From Eledone cirrhosa (taxonomy: Eukaryota): a DNA stretch of 64,000 nt. Below, piece after piece: positions 54,520 through 64,000 of this stretch. The stretch is taken from contig OZ024740.1 in the NCBI GenBank assembly GCA_964016885.1, positions 349,618,001-349,682,000 on the forward strand. Reading direction: 5' to 3'. Below the pieces are notes generated by a model that was not told the DNA's origin, made no database searches, and saw only the letters and a list, made by a program, of their open reading frames with translations. Made by a program: the position numbers and the translations under genes. How positions within the stretch are numbered: position 1 is the stretch's first letter; each line of letters begins with the position of its first letter.

Positions 54520-55690
54520 AAACATCCATTCGAGACCAACAAAGCCACTTGTCCTAACAGTATCCCTTGCATTAGTTACACAATACGCCTCCAAAGCCAG
54601 CACCTATGCTCGCCAAACTCTTAAATATCTCTCACTCGCTGCAGGGACATATCATAATCTTTGGAAACAGACAATATATCCCATTCCCAAGACGAGGAAC
54701 CCTTCTGACCCCGACAACTAATGTTCTATTGCACTTATTTCCAATATCATAAAGATGATATTATTAACACAACCTTCTCAATATCTTTGAATTTTTCTCA
54801 TTCATTAATGACCCCGAGAGTGGCCTCTCGACCTTGAGAATTTTAGTAAAAGCAGTTTTGTTTCTCTTAGTACCAGCAAAGCTCTCGACTGTGACTGGCA
54901 TTCAAATCCTGTGAAAACCGCTTGTCTCTGGGTTCCACCATATCTTCTTATATGATGATAGAGCTCTCTCAGACCCACACACTAGCAATCCTGGTGTGCC
55001 GTGGGATTCAACTTTGTCCTTCACTCTATTTCTTTTATACAATGGTATACTTGCCATCAACAACAACACTTATTCCTATGCAGATAATACCACCCTTCTT
55101 AACTCCTTACTCTTCCACACCCAAGAATCATAAACTTCATACAAAACTTGCTCTGACTATATAATCACAGACCCCAAAAACATCCTCCAATGGGCTGATG
55201 CCAAAGCATAATCACTGCACATATCAAGAAAATATTATCACACCTCACCCACTTAAACACGAGCAGAATGCAAGTAGCTCTGTTGCTTTAGCTATCATTG
55301 AGGATCTGTCTTAATTGGGCAGGCACATCCTTAGTATTTCAGAGCCATCAACTTACCTTTGTCAAAGCTCAGGTGAGTCTTGCAAATGGAGTATTGCTCT
55401 CACATCTAGGATACTTTGGCTATACACACAAACAACATCTTCGATTGTATCAGAAGTCGACTGAACTGCTTGACACAAAGTCACTCAAAACCACACACGT
55501 ACACTCATCACTCTCAATCCACCCATCTCTCCTCTTCTAATCACTCTAGTCCCCCACCCAAACTCCACAACAACTACTTCATTCAGCACTTTCTTCCTAG
55601 AACATCAACTTTCTGGAATTTTCTTATCTCACATGTCTTTCCTGCAGGAGTCAGCTTACAAAAACTTATGCAGAACACTATTGGCATTAA
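54520..55690 (+). pseudogene. Highly decayed CR1/L2/Jockey-group LINE RT fragment
   Basis: Broken motifs PIPK...SDP.N(Y)..IALIS, SL..SKA.D..WH, SYAD(N)T and FLPRTSTFWN. Confidence 0.7.
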
Positions 55691-56197
55691 TTTTGCCAGT
55701 TGGTGGGAGGGGGCTATAAAGGCAGTGGTCATTGACCCATCCTCTAAACCAAATAATATGTCACCAGCTGATATTACTAAAATATTATATAAGATTGCTT
55801 ATGCAATTGCCATTGCAGCAGATGCTGAGAAGAAAGAAGAAACTGCACCTGAAAAACCAGCAGAGAAATAAGAAAATACAACTAATTTTGATTTTAGTTC
55901 AACAGCTGACTGCCCTGCAGTTAAGGAAACTGTTAAACTGCTTCCTATTGCTGCAGAAAGCACTGTAAGGTTTTATTAATTGTGTGACTATTGAAAAGGA
56001 GAGTTTAGTCTATGCTACAACTACTTGAGTTTTCAAAATTGCTATGTCCCTACTATTTCCTGTATTTAGTATTAAAAAAAATTATCATTTTCAAATATAA
56101 CTAAAAGAAAAAAAGAACCTCTTCCTCTTTTAATTTAATAGCAGCATGGTTTGCTTGGTTCTGCACTCAGATTATGATGAAAGTGATGATGATGATG

Positions 56198-56229
<32 letters not shown>

Positions 56230-56599
56230 TTAAGATTCGTTTTCACAGCTAGCAAGGGTTGGATAGATCTTCACAGACTGTTAGTATTGAAACAGAGCTA
56301 CTGACTTCCCATGCTTAACTGAATGCCTTTTATCATAGCACCAGTACTAGGGAGGTTGTTGTGGCTTTCATACAGCTGAAGTGTTCTCCCGACCCTTTGT
56401 TAGGAAGGTTTTCTATGGCCAAATGCCCTTCCTATTAGCAACCACTTTACAAAGTATACTGAGTGTTTTTACCATGTGGATCACCAACAGTAGAAAGATT
56501 ATTTGTCTTTGACATAACTAAGGGGTTCTTCCAACCCTTTGTTTGACAATCTTTCTATGGCTAGGTCTCCTTCATGTTAGGTCTCCTTTATAGTGTGTA

Positions 56600-56830
56600 A
56601 AATCATCATCATCATCGTCATTTTACGTCCGCTTTTCGCTGCTTGCAAGGGTGGGACGGGAACTGATTCTGGCTTGATTTCTACAGCTGGATACCCTTCC
56701 TAACACCAACCTCATTTACAGTGAGTGCTGGGTGCTTTTTTTTCCGTGGCGCCTACATGTTCACTTTACAGTATGGGTTGGGGGCTTTTTTGCCATGGCT
56801 CCCTCCACAACCACTTTGCAGTGGAATGAT
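56600..56830 (-). mobile_element. RTE-tail-bearing short repeat, family E (also about 56180-56590, 60325-60610, 61238-61510)
   Basis: Shared TTTCTAC.GCTGGAT.CCCTTCCTAA.ACCAACC core and (GAT)n tail on the minus strand. Confidence 0.7.
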
Positions 56831-56849
56831 AGGAACCCCTGTCCTATCA

Positions 56850-56992
56850 TCTCATTTCTACAGCTAAGTAAACTGGAGCAATGTGAAATAAAGTGTCTTG
56901 CTCAAGGAAACAACACATCACCCGGTCTGAGAATTGAACTCACAACCTTTCGATTGCAAGGCCAATGCTCTAACCACTAAACCATGTGCCTC
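56850..56992 (-). mobile_element. SINE family B
   Basis: Reverse complement of the 7071-7200 head and core. Confidence 0.8.
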
Positions 56993-57443
56993 CATATACA
57001 ACATAATCAGAAAATATTATAACAAATTCAAGCCATCAGAATACCCATATAGGAGAACAAGGGGATTATTTAGTCCTCCTTGCATAGGACCACTTCTCTA
57101 GTACCCACAGCCACTGTAGTACATGTGTATGCAACACCAAAGTTGCTGGCCAGTTTTCTCTATGGTTGTGTGTGCAAGAATATACAGACTATAATGACTT
57201 CGGGACTCAATGAAGGTTACCCATCTAAGAGAACAAAGTAATTATTTAATCCTCCTTTCATGGAACAACATCTCTAGTAGCTGTAGTATAACAGATCACA
57301 CCCATTCCACAGTGTAAGACATATGTACACCACACTAAATTTGGCTGGTTTCCTTTGTTCCATACAACAGCATGCACACCATGACAGCCTGTCCAACCCA
57401 TTTCATAATGGAAAAATGGGTATATGATGATAATATATTCTTT

Positions 57444-57513
57444 TACATTGAAATTTAAATGACATCAATTTCCATATATATATTGAAATTGATGTCATTT
57501 AAATTTCAATGTA
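57444..57513. repeat. Inverted repeat with perfect 29-bp arms centred on (AT)5
   Basis: TACATTGAAATTTAAATGACATCAATTTC pairs with GAAATTGATGTCATTTAAATTTCAATGTA. Confidence 0.9.
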
Positions 57514-57618
57514 TAAGAGCTCTACATGACCCCTACTGCATTAAGCCACAGATCAGCCTGTAAATTAGTATACCATTAATATTATAACTATAATACTATC
57601 ATATACAATAGTGTGTAT

Positions 57619-57661
<43 letters not shown>

Positions 57662-57682
57662 CACACACACACAAAACATGCT

Positions 57683-57920
57683 ACACATGAGGACCATCAA
57701 GAGTACTTTGCCTCTAACATAAAATGTAGGTTAATTAATCCCACTAAATCCAAAATTAAAATAATTAGCAAGAACATTTTAAGTAGCGTTAATAACAATA
57801 TTCAGAAACCAACTAATCTCCAACACTGGAACAATAGTAGCATTCATTAGTTAGTTTGATAATATTAATAATAGAATTAACTTCCGATTCTCACAGCCTT
57901 CTATATCTAAATCCCTATTC
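57683..57920 (+). pseudogene. PLE RT N-terminal fragment
   Basis: THEDHQEYF...CRLINPTKS...ISKNIL...QHWNN resembles the PLE RT motif (KDHK.NF..CRLINP.KS..ISK.IL..QW.N). Confidence 0.7.
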
Positions 57921-58311
57921 ATTTATAACTAGAATTTGACTGATTTATGAACCATAACATAGATTTGTGTTTGAATATTTATATATATTTAAATATATAT
58001 ATCTCTGTAACCCTTCAAAATTTACAAGCACAAATATACACACACATACAGACAATGCATTGTTTATTTCAATCATGTTGTTACAAAAGTTTGCCTTCCA
58101 ATCACAAGGTTGTGGGGTTCTAACCTGACATTTGCCCCTGTAAATAGTTATTTCTCCACGGCTACTCATACATTTAATCCTGTATGTCATGTGTACATAT
58201 ATGCTGAATGTTTATGTAATCATATCCTAGAAATAAATTAAGATATCATTCTTATCTTTAATTACTTCCGTGTGTCACTAATCAACATAAACTATATATA
58301 TATATATATAT

Positions 58312-58810
58312 CGTTAACCACAAACGGTTTCTCCCTGTGTACAAAGGACGACTGTATGACAACTGTGTGCGATGCTGCTTGGTAGTGAAACATGAACTGT
58401 GACTGAGGAGGACATGCACAAATGGGAGAGAAATGAAACAACTATCCTCCATTGGATATGCAATGGATGTGTGAAAGAGAGGTTGAGCTTGGACGAGTTG
58501 AAGGAAAAGCTGGGTTTAAGAGGAATTTGAAATGGCTTGCAGGAGAGAAAACTGCGTTGGTTTGGACATGTGATGTGGATAGACAATAATCGTTGGGTGA
58601 AGAAGTGGCAGGAAATGCCAGTGGAAGGAAGTAGCAGTAAAGGTAGACCAAGAAATACCTGAAAAGAGGGTGTGAGAGCTAACCTCAAAGCACAAACTTA
58701 CAGAGACGATGACAAAGGATTGCAACATGTGGAGAGATGCCGTGCTGAGAAGGACTCGTCCAACCCACAAAAACGTGGAAAAGTTGAGGTAAAAAAAAAA
58801 ACAATGATTT
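58312..58810 (+). pseudogene. Decayed RTE LINE 3' fragment with tail
   Basis: LLGSET(W), ERNE..L.W.C, LRWFGHV, GRP, then tail CGTCCAACCCA..CGTGGAAAAG. Confidence 0.8.
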
Positions 58811-58999
58811 TATAAATATATACAATTTACAGGTGACTAATCTAATGTTAAGTACACCAATCATAGATTAAAGGACTCGATATGAAGAAAAGAAAATGGC
58901 TAACTTTATTTTCTGCTGTCTTACTTTGAATACAAATAAAGTTATATGCATAATGCATATGACATAAAATTGCAACAAGTGGTGAGCCATTCTATCGGA

Positions 59000-59041
59000 G
59001 AAGATTTGTCCAGCATGTGCAAGCATGCTGGACAAATCTTC
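59000..59041. repeat. Perfect 18-bp inverted repeat with a 6-nt loop
   Basis: GAAGATTTGTCCAGCATG tgcaag CATGCTGGACAAATCTTC. Confidence 0.9.
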
Positions 59042-59281
59042 ATCATCATCATCATAATTGTCATCTGGAAATGTTACCCAAGATAAAGCAGCATCTTAGC
59101 CAAAGATAGATTTAACTCTCATTTAAAATTAAACACCATGAACCCAGAGCTAAGCGCCATCCTGCAACATATATAGTGAGGTTATAAGTGAAATTGATTT
59201 TTATGCAAATGTTTCATTGTGTGTTTGAGTGGATTTGTTTTATAAGCGTGTGCATTCGCACATCTCTGTGTTAATATCTGC

Positions 59282-59314
<33 letters not shown>

Positions 59315-60616
59315 CATATATTTATGAGTGTGCTTGCATGCACAGATACAATTGCAAAGCCCAACCCTTATCTCAATAAAATGCAGTTGATGGAAAACAC
59401 TGACTCATTTTCTCAGCAGGCTAAGATCTAGGCTCTGCTGAAGTCAATTAAAACCTCTATCCTGCTGATAGAATTTGTACTGGGGAGTGGGGGATAAGAA
59501 AACAAGAGTGGGGGATAAGAAAACAAAAGAAGGAAGGATGGATGAATGAATAAATGAATGAATCAATCAATGAAAAAAAAAAAAGGAATGAATGTGTTAA
59601 AAGTGAAGAGAAGTGTAGATGCACATATCTAAAATGAAGTTACATATATTACTATATTACATAGTAAGCTGGTAACCATATGAGCAATGTTTTGCTTGGA
59701 TCAGCTGACATTCCATTGTTTATGTGTGTAATATTATATATAATATATATATAGACACATATACACTTATAAATATATACACATATAAATATATATATAT
59801 ACAATTAAATATACTGTATATATTGCAAGCATGAATAAGTGGACATAAAAACAATGATGATATAAATGTATACATATTAAATATATATATATAAATATAT
59901 CATCATCATCACTGTTTAACATCCATTTTTCCACACTTGCATGGGTTAGATGGATATATATATATGTATGTATATATGTGTGTGTGTGTGTATCGACATG
60001 TACGCAAGAATATATGATTATGTATGTATTATGGTATGTATGCATCAATGTATATTTGCATGCGAATCTATGTATGTGCAGTATGTATTTTTAAATAGAC
60101 AGAGAAAGAGAGAGCCAGATATTTAATATGATTACCTTAATCCTAAGATTAAGAAGACCAGCCAAATAAAAAAAAAAAGGACAAGACACATTTAAACAGT
60201 GAGATATTCTATTAATACAAATAGCAGTTTGACACTTGTAGAAACAGTTTCAAACTAAATATTTATTTTATTTATTTATCTGAGGTTCTCGTGAGGAAAT
60301 AGGATATGTGCATTATGGATATATATCATCATCATCGTTTAACGTCTAGCATGGATTGGATGGGAATTGTCCCACTTGAGGCAAGATTGATCGTGTGACC
60401 GTGACTCACTCATATAGAACTGTATCTGGCAGGTTTTCTACGGTTAGATGCCCTTCCAAATACCAACCACATTTACAGTGTGGACTGGGAGCCTTTTTAC
60501 CATGTCTCTTACATGACCACTTTACAGAGTGGACTGGGTGATTTTTGTTGACACCTACACGACCACTTTAGTGTAGACTGGATATTCTGTGGTACCCACA
60601 TAACTTTACAGAGAAA

Positions 60617-60694
<78 letters not shown>

Positions 60695-60748
60695 ATATAT
60701 ATGTAGCAGCAAGTATGTATATAAGCATGTAGGTATATAAGTAGCAGC

Positions 60749-61165
60749 AAGTGCCCACTGAATACTAGCTCATTCCATTGCACAGATGGTTCTATAGAAA
60801 TAGTGGACACCTTCCGTTACCTGGGTGACAAAATCATACAGTGGGGGAGGGTGCTCTGAAAGTACAGTAGCTAGAGTCAGAACGGGATGGAAAAAGTTCA
60901 GAGAGCTTATACCACTATTGGTCGCTAAAGGTTTCTCCTAAAAATGAAAGGCAGCAATGTTACATGGCAGTGAGACCTGGGCATTGTGTGCAGAGGATAT
61001 ACGCAGACTGGAGAGGAACGAAGCTTGCATGCTCCGCTGGATGTGTAATAGTAATATACGTGAACGGCAAAGCATAAACGAACTGAGGGAGAAATTAGGA
61101 ATAAGAGGGATCAGATGTTGTTTACTCGAGAGAAGACTACGTTGGTACGGTCACGTGATGCGCAT
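60749..61165 (+). pseudogene. RTE LINE fragment
   Basis: [36 protein letters not shown]. Confidence 0.85.
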
Positions 61166-61176
61166 ATATGTATATT

Positions 61177-61207
<31 letters not shown>

Positions 61208-61534
61208 GTATATGTATATATATATATGTGTATATATCATCATCACCATCATCACCGTTTTACGTCCGTTCTTCCACGCTAGCATGGGTTAGACGGGTTG
61301 TCCTGTTGTGGGCAGTGTCTGGTCGGCTGACCATGCCTTGCTCATACAGGAACTGATCTGGCTTGATTTCTACAGCTGGATGCCCTTCCTAACACCAACC
61401 TCATTTACAGTGAGTGCTGGGTGCTTTTTCGTGGCGCCTACACGTCCACTTTACAGTGTGGGCTGGGTGCTTTTTTGCCGTGGCACCTCCACGACCACCT
61501 TGCGGTGGGGGGGCATATTGTTTATATGCTTCAG

Positions 61535-62262
61535 CATGTACCCATGGGAGGTCGGGTACCCTGTATTACTGCGTGACGCCAGAAGTCACGGTCGTGTGTC
61601 ATTGACTTTGAGAGGTGTAGTTGGGTAAGGTCGGCTTTTATCACCTCATCCCAAGTCATCTTGGGTCTCCCCACTCCGCGGTTTCCATCAACTTCTAGTG
61701 CTCTGCACCTTTTTATGCAGCTGTCATCCTTCATACGCATCACATGTCCATACCAGCATAACCGCCTCTCCTGCACGCAGCATTTGATTCCTCTTATGCT
61801 CAGTCTCTCTCTCAATTCCTTTATGCTTTGTCGTTCACGTATATTACTGTTACACATCCATCGGAGCATGCAGGCTTCGTTTCTCTCTAATCTACGTAAG
61901 TCTTCCACCTTCAGCGCCCAGGTCTCACTACCATGCAACATCGCTGTTCGGATGCACGCATCATACAGTCTGCCTTTCATTCTGAGGGAGAAGCCTTTTG
62001 CAGCTAGCAGTGGTAGTAGTTCCCTAAACTTCTTCCATCCCGTTCTTACCCTAGTTATTGTACTTTCTGAGCACCCACCTCCGTTGCTAATTCGGTCACC
62101 TAGGTAGCAGAAGCTGTCTACTGTTTCTACAGGGCCCTCCCAGAGATTGGTGGTACTTGTTTCCTGTGGCTGTTTGCTTGCTGTTTCAGCACAACTGCTG
62201 CATGTGAATCCTACATTCTTAATTAAGCTTCCTGAGATCCCGCTACATCTCTTGTGTACCCA
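61535..62262 (-). pseudogene. RTE LINE 3' fragment with a Cys/His finger upstream of the YLG motif
   Basis: Open frame WVHKRC...FTCSSC...FCYLGD...GWKKF...LHGSETW...WYGHV...GRPK.TW. Confidence 0.88.

Positions 62263-64000
<1,738 letters not shown>

Overview
Repeat-dominated, AT-rich eukaryotic DNA. The SINE/LINE/Penelope repertoire suggests an octopus-like cephalopod genome (inference). No host protein-coding gene is confidently supported; the long Y/I/M/C/H/T ORFs are translations of roughly 12 kb of interrupted (TA)n arrays. Main contents: (1) a nearly full-length RTE LINE at 22151-26440 (APE, RT, three C-terminal C2H2 fingers, one frameshift, one nonsense codon); (2) an uninterrupted 5'-truncated Tx1/L1-clade LINE; (3) at least five Penelope-like element (PLE) fragments with RT or GIY-YIG remnants; (4) RTE and CR1/L2-like remnants; (5) a non-autonomous Helitron and two TIR elements; (6) several SINE families. 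The most notable signal is a set of type I hammerhead ribozymes folded by eye at 26705-26762 (-), 29876-29969 (+), 30399-30515 (-) and 35509-35551 (+), plus degenerate copies. They have palindromic stem III loops and non-canonical core positions (U3-A8 pair; U.U or A.A at 10.1/11.1). They lie at PLE 3' ends or in short islands next to (TA)n arrays, and some are caught in fold-back inversions. All folds and alignments are manual and were not computed.
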